A program made the position numbers and the translations under genes. Below the pieces are notes generated by a model. That model was not told where the DNA came from and ran no database searches. It saw only the letters and a program-made list of their open reading frames with translations. From contig CBDCWG010000012.1 in assembly GCA_965223345.1 (NCBI GenBank), forward strand, positions 2,784,001 through 2,848,000: DNA of 64,000 nucleotides, written 5' to 3'. Numbering within the stretch: position 1 is the first letter of the stretch; each line of letters starts with the position of its first letter. Below, piece by piece: positions 29,889 to 40,548 of this stretch. The DNA is from Nitrospinales bacterium. GTDB lineage: Bacteria > Nitrospinota > Nitrospinia > Nitrospinales > VA-1.

Positions 29889-29996
29889 AAAAAAAAAGGG
29901 GCGCTGAACCCCCAAAAGAAACCTTGATGGCAACCAAGAACTTTCTTTTCGATGGAAATGTCCGTTTCGGGACAGAGTTCAGCACCCCTCAGGGAT
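29889..29996 (-). ncRNA. Putative structured small RNA or 5' leader (three-way junction ending in a U-tract), family not recognised
   Basis: Closing stem 29897-29911 with 29975-29989 whose wobbles are G.U only on the minus strand; two internal hairpins; 9-U tail; own promoter upstream. Confidence 0.65.
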
Positions 29997-30002
29997 GTTC
30001 AG

Positions 30003-30031
30003 AATTTATCATAGGGGTATCGCACTGTCAA
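30003..30031 (-). promoter_or_regulatory. Sigma70 promoter for the putative sRNA/leader
   Basis: Minus strand TTGACA (30031-30026), 17 nt, TAAATT (30008-30003) with an extended TG. Confidence 0.7.
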
Positions 30032-30261
30032 TACAATTCTAGTAAATCCGGGTCATTTCGAGCCCGGAGCAGCGAAATAATCCTTTTATTTATATATATT
30101 TACAAGGCACCCTGAAAAACTGCCCTATTTTTGGGCAAAATAAATCCTTATTTTTCAATGGTTTACGATTCAGGAGGGTGCGGCGGCGGTGGGGAGATAT
30201 TCGGCTGGGGAAATTCGGGCTCACAATATAAATAACTCATTATAATTCAATAATTTAATCA

Positions 30262-31086
30262 TCATATAGCCTCGAACGGCACCGGGATGAAGGTCAAAAT
30301 GAATATGAGAAGCGACAGGTATCCCAGCCGCTTTTCCCGCGGGCCGATGGTCTCCACCGGATCGAGCAGCGGCGCGGGCTTGAAGCCGATCAGGGCGATC
30401 ATCAGCGCCCAGAACCACCATCCGGCCCAGAAATATCCGAGGGGAAATAGCAGCACGAAAAACACGCGTGCGGCGATGTGGTAATGCCTTCCCGCCATCG
30501 CATACAGGATGTGCCCGCCGTCGAGCTGGCCGATGGGCAACAGATTCAATGCGGTGACCAGCAACCCGATCCATCCGGCAAAGGCGACGGGATGCAACTC
30601 GATGTTGATGTCGGGCGACAGCGGCGAGATGCCCAGAACCAGTTCGGAAAGCAGCGTCAGCAAAATGGAGCTGCCGAAGGAAAGCCCCTGCACCGGATCG
30701 GCCGCGCTGGTGGTCGATAAGGCCAGTCCGACCATGAGCGTGGGCACCGCCACCACGAAACCCGCGATGGGACCGGCCGCTCCGATTTCGATGAGCACGC
30801 GGCGGTTGGGGATCTGGTCCTTGATCTGGATGAACGCGCCGAACGTGCCGGCGATGAAAATGGGCGGTGCGGGAATGAAAAACGGCAGCGTCGCCTTGAC
30901 GTTGTTTTTGCGGCTGGCCCAGTAGTGGCCGAACTCGTGCGTGCCCAGAATCAGGAGCAGGGAAAAGGAAAACACGAAGCCGCCGACCAGGTAGGTGGTG
31001 CCGATCGTCGCCGCCAGCAGGACGGAAAAGATGACCCAGTCTCTCGGTGCGGGGTGCGTTGCCGGCAACGGCTGTTCCAGGCTCAC
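30262..31086 (-). CDS. Site-2 protease (peptidase M50)
   Basis: HEFGH, GTFGAFI, AGPIAG, LNLLPIGQLDGGH; GTG31086 overlaps the proA stop (GTGA). Confidence 0.9.
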   Translation of the reverse strand: MSLEQPLPATHPAPRDWVIFSVLLAATIGTTYLVGGFVFSFSLLLILGTHEFGHYWASRKNNVKATLPFFIPAPPIFIAGTFGAFIQIKDQIPNRRVLIEIGAAGPIAGFVVAVPTLMVGLALSTTSAADPVQGLSFGSSILLTLLSELVLGISPLSPDINIELHPVAFAGWIGLLVTALNLLPIGQLDGGHILYAMAGRHYHIAARVFFVLLFPLGYFWAGWWFWALMIALIGFKPAPLLDPVETIGPREKRLGYLSLLIFILTFIPVPFEAI

Positions 31087-32393
31087 GGGATGCGGCGACC
31101 GCTCGCGTCGAGGTGTTTGTGTGTGAACGCCCTGCCCTGCTTGCCGGAATAATCGCCGACGGTCTGCCCCTCGCCGATCAGTTTGTATTTGTAGATCACC
31201 AGACCTTCGAGACCGACCGGGCCGCGCGCGTGCGTCTTGTTGGTGCTGATGCCGATCTCCGCACCCAGGCCGTAACGGAATCCGTCCGCGAAGCGGGTGG
31301 AGGCGTTCCACATCACGCTGGCGGAATCGACTTCGTTGAGAAAGCGTTCCGCGGTGGCGGCGTCCTCGGTGAGAATCGTGTCGGTGTGACCGGAACCGTG
31401 CGCGTTGATGAACGCGATCGCCTCGTCCACACTCGACACCACGCGCAGCGCCAGTTTCAAGTCGTTGTATTCGGTATCCCATTCGCCATCATCGGCTTTT
31501 TTGACCTGCGGTGCGAGCGCGCACACGCGGTTGCAACCCACCAGCTCGACGTTTTTTTCCGTCAACGCTCGAACCAGGTCGGGAAGGATCGCCTTCGCGG
31601 CGTCCTCATGGATGAGCAGCGTCTCCACGGCGTTGCAGGCGGCGGGGTACTGCAGTTTAGCATCGAGGCTCACGCGCACCGCCTTCTTCGCATCGGCCTT
31701 CGCATCGATGTAAACGTGGCAGATGCCTTCGGAGTGCCCGAGCACCGGGATTTTGGTGTTTTCCTGAATGTATTTCACAAAGGCGTTGCTGCCGCGCGGC
31801 ACGATGAGGCTGATGTTCTTCTCTTCGTCGAGCATTTCCGCCACTTCCGCACGGGTTTCGATCATCTGCACCGCGGTTGCGGGAATGCCGGAGACGCCGG
31901 CGATCGCTTCGGTCAACAGACCGACGATGGTTTTATTCGTGTTCTGGGCTTCGCGGCCGCCCTTCAAGATAACGGCGTTGCCGGATTTGAGGCACAACGA
32001 CGCGATCTGCGGCACGGCATCGGGCCGCGATTCGAATATCGCGCCGATCACGCCGATGGGACAGGTGACGTGATGCAGGATCAGACCCTCATCCAGTTCG
32101 GTGACGCTTTTCACGCGCCCCACCGGGTCTTCCAGTCTGGCGACGCTCAGGATGCCCTGCGCCATCGCCGCCACTTTCGCTGCGTCCACAGCGAGGCGGG
32201 CGATCAGCGGGCCGGGCAGGTTCTCCGACTTGGCGTACTCGAGGTCTTTTTTGTTGGCCTCAAGGATGGGTTCGACGTTGTTCTCGAGCGCCGCCGCCAT
32301 TCTTTCAAGGGCGCGGTTCTTCAGATCGGTGGACGCCCGCGCCAGGACGAGGGCCGCTTCTTTGGCCTGGGCGGCGATTTCGGAAACTGTCAT
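31083..32393 (-). CDS. proA: Gamma-glutamyl phosphate reductase
   Basis: PIGVIGAIFESRP, LKSGNAVILKGG, IVPRGS, ACNAVETLL, NASTRFADGFRYGLGAEIGIST, HARGPVGL. Confidence 0.96.
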   Translation of the reverse strand: MTVSEIAAQAKEAALVLARASTDLKNRALERMAAALENNVEPILEANKKDLEYAKSENLPGPLIARLAVDAAKVAAMAQGILSVARLEDPVGRVKSVTELDEGLILHHVTCPIGVIGAIFESRPDAVPQIASLCLKSGNAVILKGGREAQNTNKTIVGLLTEAIAGVSGIPATAVQMIETRAEVAEMLDEEKNISLIVPRGSNAFVKYIQENTKIPVLGHSEGICHVYIDAKADAKKAVRVSLDAKLQYPAACNAVETLLIHEDAAKAILPDLVRALTEKNVELVGCNRVCALAPQVKKADDGEWDTEYNDLKLALRVVSSVDEAIAFINAHGSGHTDTILTEDAATAERFLNEVDSASVMWNASTRFADGFRYGLGAEIGISTNKTHARGPVGLEGLVIYKYKLIGEGQTVGDYSGKQGRAFTHKHLDASGRRIP

Positions 32394-32476
32394 GCTAAAC
32401 CTGTGGTTTCAATAAACGTGCTCAATTATAACGCATTGCAGGAGGGAGCGTTTCTGATTTCGGCGGAGAAACTTCC

Positions 32477-33442
32477 TCATTCCGATTCTCCGGGATAAAT
32501 GGGGTTTTTGATGCGGGTGAGGTGCTCGGAGGTTTCGATTTTTTCGACACCCGCATCGCCGATGTGGTTTCCCCACAGCTTGAGAAACTCCAGGCAGGAA
32601 AGGTTGGACGCCGAAGCCAGGGTTGCGGCGCCTGCGGTTGTGATGCGGTTCCATTGCAGATCGAGGGTTTGCAGATTATCCAGCCCCGGGATGTTCACCA
32701 GCGCCTGCAAACCCGCATCGCCCAGGCGGTTTTTTTTGAGATTGAGGTTCTTCAAGGCGTCGAGCGAAGCTCCCTGTTTCAGATTTTGCATCCCCTCGGG
32801 ACCGATGCCGTTGCCGGAAAGATCCAGAACTTCAAGCTGCGTTAAAAAGGGTGCGCGGCTGAGCTCCAGTAGCCCTTCATCGCCGATCGCGTTGCTGCCG
32901 AGATGCAATTCGCGCAGGTTTTTGAGCGCTTGCGTCTGAGCCAGAGCCCGCACGCCTTCGACGCCGAGACCGCTTTCGGCCAGATTGAGGGAAACCAGGT
33001 TTTCCAGCAGCGGTGCATCGGCAATCGCCTGCGTCCCGGCGACGCCGATGGGGTTGTTCCACAAATTCAATGTTTGCAGGTGACGCAGGTTTTGCGAAGC
33101 GACGAGCGCCGCGATGCCGGCAGGGCCTATGCGGTTGTCGAACAGATTCAACGTCCGCAGATTCCCCAGGTATTTCGATTCGGCCAGCGCTTTCGCGCCT
33201 TTATCGCCGATCCAGTGGGAGATCAGGACCAGCGTTTTCACCTCGCTCACGAGGCGGGAGCGCGCGAGGCGCAGCGCGCCTTTTTCGTACAGCGTGCCGC
33301 TGTTTCTCAAATCCAGATGGGTGCCATCCTGGGTCATGTCCTTCAGGATGAGCGTGTTGATGTCGTAGCCGATGGCCGGTGGGACCGAAAGCAGCGTGAC
33401 GAGCAGCAGTGAAACGAACGCGAGGCGTGTGGATGCGGTCAT
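32477..33442 (-). CDS. Secreted RNI-like leucine-rich repeat protein
   Basis: Signal peptide; ~28-aa repeats LxxLxLxxNxIGxxGxxALA. Confidence 0.88.
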   Translation of the reverse strand: MTASTRLAFVSLLLVTLLSVPPAIGYDINTLILKDMTQDGTHLDLRNSGTLYEKGALRLARSRLVSEVKTLVLISHWIGDKGAKALAESKYLGNLRTLNLFDNRIGPAGIAALVASQNLRHLQTLNLWNNPIGVAGTQAIADAPLLENLVSLNLAESGLGVEGVRALAQTQALKNLRELHLGSNAIGDEGLLELSRAPFLTQLEVLDLSGNGIGPEGMQNLKQGASLDALKNLNLKKNRLGDAGLQALVNIPGLDNLQTLDLQWNRITTAGAATLASASNLSCLEFLKLWGNHIGDAGVEKIETSEHLTRIKNPIYPGESE

Positions 33443-33467
33443 ATTTTTTTACAGGATGTCCGTTGGA

Positions 33468-35642
33468 TCAGGGAAAATTGTGAACGGTGATTCTGACTTC
33501 CAACCCATCCTGCAGCCAGCCGAAATTGCCGTGACCGGCCACGGTGTGGATGTTTCCTTGCGGATCGATTTTGCGAATGCGGTTGTTGTCGCGATCGGTG
33601 AAATAAATGTTTCCCTGTGCGTCGAAACTCATGCGAAAGGGGCTCTTGATCCTGGCGGCGGCCGCCGGGCCGCCGTCGCCGCTGAAACCGGGGGTTCCCG
33701 TACCGGCAAACCGGCTGATGGTGCCGTCCGGTGCGATCTTGCGGATCACCGAGCTGGTCTCCTCGATGACGAACAGCGATCCGTCCGGCGACAGGGCCAG
33801 TCCGCCGGGAGAGCGGATGCCCGCGCTGAGGGCGGAGCCTTCATCGCCCGAATCGCGGAACGCGCCGGAACCGGCCACGGTGGTTACCTTGCCATCGGCG
33901 CCGATGCGGCGGATCTTGCTGCTGCCGGAATCGGAAAAGTAGATGTTGCCCGCGTCATCGACCGCCAGCCCGTTGGGATGCACTTCGGACCCCGCGACCG
34001 ACTCCTTGCCGAACACTTTGGTGATGATGCCGTTCTTGTCGATCTTGCGGATGCTGAAATTGGTCTTGTCGGCGATGTAGACGTTGCCGTCCCGGTCGGT
34101 GGCGATGTCGGTGATCGTGTAAAACGAAGCGTCCACGGCGGGTCCGCCGTCGCCGCCGTCGCCTTGTATGCCGTTGCCGGCGAAATGGGTGATGATGCCG
34201 TTGGCATCGATCTTTCGCACGTTCCAGCCGTTGCCGGAACGGCCGGCGACGTAAATATTGTCATCCTTGTCGATGGCCATCGCCGAAGGCAGATACAGCG
34301 TGGCCTCGCGCGCGGGTCCGCCGTCGCCCTCGTTGCCCAGCGTTCCGGTGCCGGCGAAGGTGCCAATGATGCCGTTGGCGTCGATCGTGCGGATGCGGTT
34401 GTGGTTTTTCTCGGCAAAATAGACGAGCCCCTTGCTGTCCACCACCAGCCCCGAGGGCGCGTTGAGCGTCGCCCCGCGTCCCGGACCGCCGTCGCCTTTA
34501 AACAAGGAACGTCCGTTGCCCGCGATGGTGCGCACCGTGTGTTTTTTCAGATCGACGCTGCGCACCCGGAAATGCGAGCGGTCCACCACGATCAATTGCT
34601 GGCGCTTTTTGCCGATGGCCAGGGCGAAGGGCAGGTGCAGGTTGGTCTCCACCGCGATCTCGCGGTCGCCGTTGAAATCCGGTTTGCCCGTGCCCATGAA
34701 GGTGGTGATGACGCCCTGCGGATCGACCCGCCGCACGCGGTTGTTGTTGCGGTCGGAAATGTACAGGTTGCCCGCATCGTCCGCCACGACGTCGGTCGGG
34801 TACGCGAGGCTGGACTGATTGGCCGGGCCGTAGTCGCCGCTGAAGGAATGCATGCCGTCCCCCGCGACGGTGGAGATGATGCCCTCCGGCGTCACTTTGC
34901 GGATGCGGTTGTTGCCGCGGTCGGCGATGTACAGGTTGCCCTGCTTGTCCAGGCAGATGCCGAAGGGATACTTGAGCAACGCGTCCTCGGCGGGACCGAA
35001 ATCGCCGCCGAATTCCGCCGGCCCCAGTCCGGCGACGGTGGTGATGATGCCGCCGGCGTCCACTTTGCGCACCCGATTGTTGGAGCGGTCGGAAATGAAG
35101 ATATTGCCTTTGTCGTCCACCGCCAGATCCGAGGGCAGGTTGAGGCTGGCTTCGAGGGCCGGGCCTTCGTCGCCCATCATGTCGGCTTCGCCGTTGCCGG
35201 CGATCGTGGTGATCACCCCTTGCGGGCTCACTTTGCGGATGCGGTGGTTGTTGCGGTCGGCGATGTACAGGTTGCCCTGCTCATCCAGCACCAGGCCCGC
35301 GGGAAAATTGAGTTCCGCTTCTACCGCCGGTCCGCCGTCGCCGCTGAATCCGGCGATCCCGGTGCCGGCGACGGTGGTGATGGTGCCGTCCGCCTTGATT
35401 TTGCGGATGCGGTTTTTGGAACGGTGCGAGATGTAGATGTCGCCGTCGGGGCCGACCGCGACGCCGTCCACCAGGGTCAGGGTCACGTCGGTGGCCGGGC
35501 TGCCGTCCTGCACGTCCTCGAACGGCACATCCGGGATGGCCCAGGCGGTGGCGGTCATCGTCAATACCCAAAACAGGACGATGCCCATCGGCCACCCTGC
35601 GAAATGTTTTCGCAATCTATTCATATATAGGTCAGGATTCAT
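33468..35642 (-). CDS. Secreted NHL-repeat (teneurin-like) beta-propeller protein
   Basis: Signal peptide; ~12 repeats of GNLYIADRNNHRIRKV...GIITTVAG.G..GFSGDGGPA. Confidence 0.9.
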   Translation of the reverse strand: MNPDLYMNRLRKHFAGWPMGIVLFWVLTMTATAWAIPDVPFEDVQDGSPATDVTLTLVDGVAVGPDGDIYISHRSKNRIRKIKADGTITTVAGTGIAGFSGDGGPAVEAELNFPAGLVLDEQGNLYIADRNNHRIRKVSPQGVITTIAGNGEADMMGDEGPALEASLNLPSDLAVDDKGNIFISDRSNNRVRKVDAGGIITTVAGLGPAEFGGDFGPAEDALLKYPFGICLDKQGNLYIADRGNNRIRKVTPEGIISTVAGDGMHSFSGDYGPANQSSLAYPTDVVADDAGNLYISDRNNNRVRRVDPQGVITTFMGTGKPDFNGDREIAVETNLHLPFALAIGKKRQQLIVVDRSHFRVRSVDLKKHTVRTIAGNGRSLFKGDGGPGRGATLNAPSGLVVDSKGLVYFAEKNHNRIRTIDANGIIGTFAGTGTLGNEGDGGPAREATLYLPSAMAIDKDDNIYVAGRSGNGWNVRKIDANGIITHFAGNGIQGDGGDGGPAVDASFYTITDIATDRDGNVYIADKTNFSIRKIDKNGIITKVFGKESVAGSEVHPNGLAVDDAGNIYFSDSGSSKIRRIGADGKVTTVAGSGAFRDSGDEGSALSAGIRSPGGLALSPDGSLFVIEETSSVIRKIAPDGTISRFAGTGTPGFSGDGGPAAAARIKSPFRMSFDAQGNIYFTDRDNNRIRKIDPQGNIHTVAGHGNFGWLQDGLEVRITVHNFP

Positions 35643-35655
35643 GGCACCCTCGCTC

Positions 35656-36459
35656 TCAACGGATGATCACCTGCAATCCCTTCTTTTTCGCAATCCGGAA
35701 CGCCTCGATCTGCATATCGGGACTGAGGTTGTTCAGCACGAGGTCGAGGATTTTGAGATTGGGAAAATGGTCCGAGCGCACGATCGCCCGCACGCCTTCG
35801 TCGCCGATGTTGTTCTGCCCCAGATACAGGGACTCCAGTTTGGGGAAATTTTTCGACTGCGCCAGCGCCACCGCGCCGCCGTCGCCGATTTCGTTGCGGA
35901 ACAGGTTGAGCGTTTCCAGGTTCGGGAACGCCTGCACTTTCGCCAGTTCGGCCATGCCCAGCGGCGTGATCAGGTTGTCGTTCAGCATCAGCGTCTTGAG
36001 GTTCTGAAAGTTCTTCGATTTCGCCACGTATTCGAACGCGTCGTCGCCGATCTCATTTTTCCACAGCTTGAGCGATTCCAGTTTGTTGAGGTGCGGCGAT
36101 TCGGCCAGCGCCTTGAGTCCCACGTCGCCCGCCAGGTTTCCCCACAGGTCGAGGTGCTTCACATTGGCGAGATGCGGGGATTTCGCCAGCGCCTTGACGC
36201 CGCGCGCCTTGATCTTGTTGCCCTGCAGGCGCAGGGTGGTGACGGTGGCAAGGATTTCCATGGCGGCCATCTTCTTGGCGCCCCTGGGGCCGATGACCAC
36301 GCCGGTCAGATCGAGCAGGGTGCCGTTCTGGCCGAGGCGTTTCTCGATCAGGGTTTCGACGTTGTCGGCGGCGAAGCTCACCCCGGAGGTGAGCAGCGTG
36401 AAAAAAACAGCCAGCAACCCTGTTCGTATTCGACCCGCTCCGATGAAATCGCGTTCCAT
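35656..36459 (-). CDS. Secreted RNI-like leucine-rich repeat protein
   Basis: Signal-like N-terminus; repeats LxxLxLxxNxIGDxGxxALA. Confidence 0.88.
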   Translation of the reverse strand: MERDFIGAGRIRTGLLAVFFTLLTSGVSFAADNVETLIEKRLGQNGTLLDLTGVVIGPRGAKKMAAMEILATVTTLRLQGNKIKARGVKALAKSPHLANVKHLDLWGNLAGDVGLKALAESPHLNKLESLKLWKNEIGDDAFEYVAKSKNFQNLKTLMLNDNLITPLGMAELAKVQAFPNLETLNLFRNEIGDGGAVALAQSKNFPKLESLYLGQNNIGDEGVRAIVRSDHFPNLKILDLVLNNLSPDMQIEAFRIAKKKGLQVIIR

Positions 36460-36492
36460 GGTGGACCCCGTTTGTTGCGGATGGTAGAGATT

Positions 36493-37176
36493 CTAGGCTA
36501 TCAGATATTTAAAGATAGTATATATGATTTTTGTGCCCGCTTTCACGGTTCCGGAAACGGTGCCGGTGATCTTCGAAACCCCGAGCCGCTCCCGGTAATG
36601 CACGGGGATCTCCGCGATCCGGAGTCCCTTACGGACCGCTTTAATCTGCATTTCCACGGTCCAGCCGAAATCGGTGTCGGTCATGCCGAGCGATTGCAGA
36701 GAATCGTAGCGGATGGCTCGAAACGGCCCCAGATCGGTGAACCGATACCCGAAAAACAGGCGGATGAGAAACACCGCGAGCTGGTTGCCGTAGCGGGACT
36801 GCGGCAGCAGCGCGGCGCGGCTTTCCGGGTACAGCATGCGGCTCCCCAAGACAAAATCCTTCTCGCCCGCGACGATGGGCTCTAAAAGCAGCGTGATCTC
36901 CTCGGGATAGTCGCTGTAGTCGGCATCCAGAAACACGACGATGTCCGGCTGGTCGAGGTTGGCGATGCCCGCGAGACAGGCGGAGCCGTAGCCGCGGCGC
37001 TTTTCCTCGATGACGCGCGCGCCGTGCTGCCTGGCGACTTCAGGGGTCCGGTCGGTGGAGCCGTTGTCCACGACGAGGATCTCGTGCAGGCGGTCCGTCG
37101 GCAGGTGGCTCAGCACTTCGCCGATGGAAAGCTCTTCATTGAGAGCGGGAATGATGACGGACACACGCGGCTTCAT
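36493..37176 (-). CDS. Glycosyltransferase family 2
   Basis: SVIIPALNEE, VVDNGSTD, RGYGSAC, FLDADYSD, TDLGPFRAI. Confidence 0.92.
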   Translation of the reverse strand: MKPRVSVIIPALNEELSIGEVLSHLPTDRLHEILVVDNGSTDRTPEVARQHGARVIEEKRRGYGSACLAGIANLDQPDIVVFLDADYSDYPEEITLLLEPIVAGEKDFVLGSRMLYPESRAALLPQSRYGNQLAVFLIRLFFGYRFTDLGPFRAIRYDSLQSLGMTDTDFGWTVEMQIKAVRKGLRIAEIPVHYRERLGVSKITGTVSGTVKAGTKIIYTIFKYLIA

Positions 37177-37189
37177 GAGGCGGGGCGGT

Positions 37190-37989
37190 TCAGTCCAGAT
37201 CCGTGAGGGCCTGCTTCACCTCGGCGACAAACCGGCCCACTTTCGCGTCGCGTTCTTCGGCTGCGCCGTTCTGTTCGATCAGCCGCACGATGGCGGAGCC
37301 GACGATGACCCCGTCGGAAAAACGGGCGGCGTCTTTCGCCTGCTCGGGACCGGAAATGCCGAATCCGACGAGGACCGGCAGGTTGGCGGCGCTCTTGATG
37401 GCCGCAACCTTGTCGCGCAAGCCCTCGGCAAGGGAAGTACGCACGCCGGTGGTGCCGGTGAGCGAAACGTAATAGATGAAACCGCGGCTTTTCCCGGCCA
37501 CCAGGCGCACGCGTTGTTCGGTGCTGGTGGGTGCGAGCAGGAAAACCACATCGAGGCCACCCGCGTCGGCGATTTTGCAGAACGCTCCCGCTTCCTCGGG
37601 CGGCAGATCGGGGATGATGGCCCCATCCACGCCCGCTTTGAGCGCGTCTGCAACGAACGCTTCCTGACCGTAGGCGAACACGGGGTTGAAACTGGTCATC
37701 AGCACGATGGGCAGATCGGAACCCTTGCGGATTTCGGCAACCAGGGCGAGGATCTTTTTCAGCGTGGTGCCGCTTTTCAGAGCGCGTTGCGAGGAAGCCT
37801 GGATCACCGGCCCGTCGGCGAGCGGATCGGAAAACGGCACGCCCAGTTCGATGATGTCCGCGCCGCTTTTCTCGATGACGCCGAACAGGTCTTTGGTCGT
37901 GGACAGATCGGGATCGCCCGCGGTGATGAACGCGACCAGCGCCTTGCGGTTTTGCGATTTCAGTTTTTCGAAACAGGCGGTGATACGGC

Positions 37990-37993
<4 letters not shown>
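37190..37993 (-). CDS. trpA: Tryptophan synthase alpha chain
   Basis: [46 protein letters not shown]. Confidence 0.97.
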
Positions 37994-39201
<1,208 letters not shown>

Positions 39202-39268
39202 TTTGATTCTCGAAGGCTCCGCGATGATATTTATAGAGTTTCTGTATTGAGATCTTTGTACAAGCTGC

Positions 39269-39326
39269 TGTCATGCTGAGCCTGTCGAAGCAGGACTCCG
39301 CACCCTTCGACAAGCTCAGGGTGACA
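39269..39326. repeat. REP/MITE-like palindromic element between trpF and trpB
   Basis: TGTCATGCTGAGCCTGTCGAAG (39269-39290) pairs imperfectly with CTTCGACAAGCTCAGGGTGACA (39305-39326). Confidence 0.7.
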
Positions 39327-39383
39327 TCGAGACAGGGTTTTCCTGTCCTGTTGGCCGATACAAAGATCCCGCCGGACAAATCC

Positions 39384-40013
39384 TTACCCTTTATTCGCGG
39401 CGATGACAAACGCCCGCACTTTATCCGGGTCCTTGACGCCGAGGGATTTCTCCACGCCCGAGCAGACATCCACCGCGTACGGCTGCACCCGCTTGACCGC
39501 CTGGCGCACGTTGGCGGGAGTGAGCCCGCCGGCCAGGATGACGGGGCCGAATTTCTTGCCGCGGTGGACCCAGTTCCAGTCGAAGGTCTCGCCGGTGCCG
39601 CCCGGCGCCTTTTCGGACCAGGCGTCGAGCAGAAAGCCGCTGACTGGATAGCGGTCGAGACCCTTGAGCGAGGCGGCGTTTTCCACCCGCACCGCTTTGA
39701 TCACCTTGCGGCGGATACGCCTGCAAAACGCGGGCGTTTCTTTGCCGTGCAACTGAACGGCGTCGAGCTTGCAGGTTTCGGCGATGCGGTTGATCCTCTC
39801 TGCGGTTTCATCGACGAACACGCCGACAGTTTCGACGAACGGCGGCAGCACCTGCACGATCTGTTTCACCGTCTGCATGGAAACGAAACGCGGGCTCTTG
39901 CGGTAAAAGATGAATCCCAGCGCATCGGCTCCGGCTTCCACCGCGAGCAATGCATCCTTCAGATTCGTGTTGCCGCAAATTTTGACTTTCACATCCGCCG
40001 CCGGTTTCGGCAT
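39384..40013 (-). CDS. trpF: Phosphoribosylanthranilate isomerase
   Basis: VKICG, GADALGFIF..KSPR, VQLHG.E, GGTGETFDW, LAGGLTPANV, VDVCSGVE. Confidence 0.96.
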   Translation of the reverse strand: MPKPAADVKVKICGNTNLKDALLAVEAGADALGFIFYRKSPRFVSMQTVKQIVQVLPPFVETVGVFVDETAERINRIAETCKLDAVQLHGKETPAFCRRIRRKVIKAVRVENAASLKGLDRYPVSGFLLDAWSEKAPGGTGETFDWNWVHRGKKFGPVILAGGLTPANVRQAVKRVQPYAVDVCSGVEKSLGVKDPDKVRAFVIAANKG

Positions 40014-40124
40014 GAAAACTTTTTCCTGTAAATTTCGGTCGTTTTGATTTACAATCCGTTTCGCAGCTGTCCTGGTTGTATCCTTTCTTTTCCTTTACTT
40101 AAGAACCACTCCAAAAAAGCTCTC

Positions 40125-40544
40125 ATGAAAAAAATCAAATCTCTCGCGCTTTTCCTTTTTGTCCTCTTTTCCCTCTTCGCGGCCGGTTGCGGCACCACTG
40201 AAAACATAGACGGCGTCGAGGTCGGCACCGACTTTCAGGGACGCGGCGTCAAAACCTTCCGGGTTCCGGTGTTTCCTCTGTACGAAGCCACTCTGGAAGC
40301 CCTGAAGAACATGAACCTGCCCCTGGACGACAACATCGAACTGGATAACAAGTACCAGCTTACCTCCGAGACCGACAAGCTCAACATCATCATCGACCTG
40401 GAAGGAATCGGTCCGAAAATCTCCCGCATCACGGTGCGTGCGCAGGAAGGCGGCTTCTTTTCGCTTTCCCACGATGAGGACATGGGCCGCGAGATCATCA
40501 AAGAGACCGCTCTGGTGCTGGAATCGCGCGGCGTCCTCGAGTGA
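40125..40544 (+). CDS. Lipoprotein, DUF3568-like, in opposite orientation within the trp cluster
   Basis: Lipobox AAG-C; YEATLEALKNMNL ... SRITVRA ... DEDMGREII. Confidence 0.65.
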   Translation: MKKIKSLALFLFVLFSLFAAGCGTTENIDGVEVGTDFQGRGVKTFRVPVFPLYEATLEALKNMNLPLDDNIELDNKYQLTSETDKLNIIIDLEGIGPKISRITVRAQEGGFFSLSHDEDMGREIIKETALVLESRGVLE

Positions 40545-40548
40545 TTTT

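Noticed and set aside
29889..29996. Identification as 6S, SRP or c-di-GMP riboswitch
   Set aside because: Too short for 6S, lacks the SRP GGAA-loop helix motif, and lacks the riboswitch consensus by eye
33468..35500. Recurrent nucleotide repeats suggesting an array
   Set aside because: Explained by coding NHL repeats; no constant repeat with unique spacers
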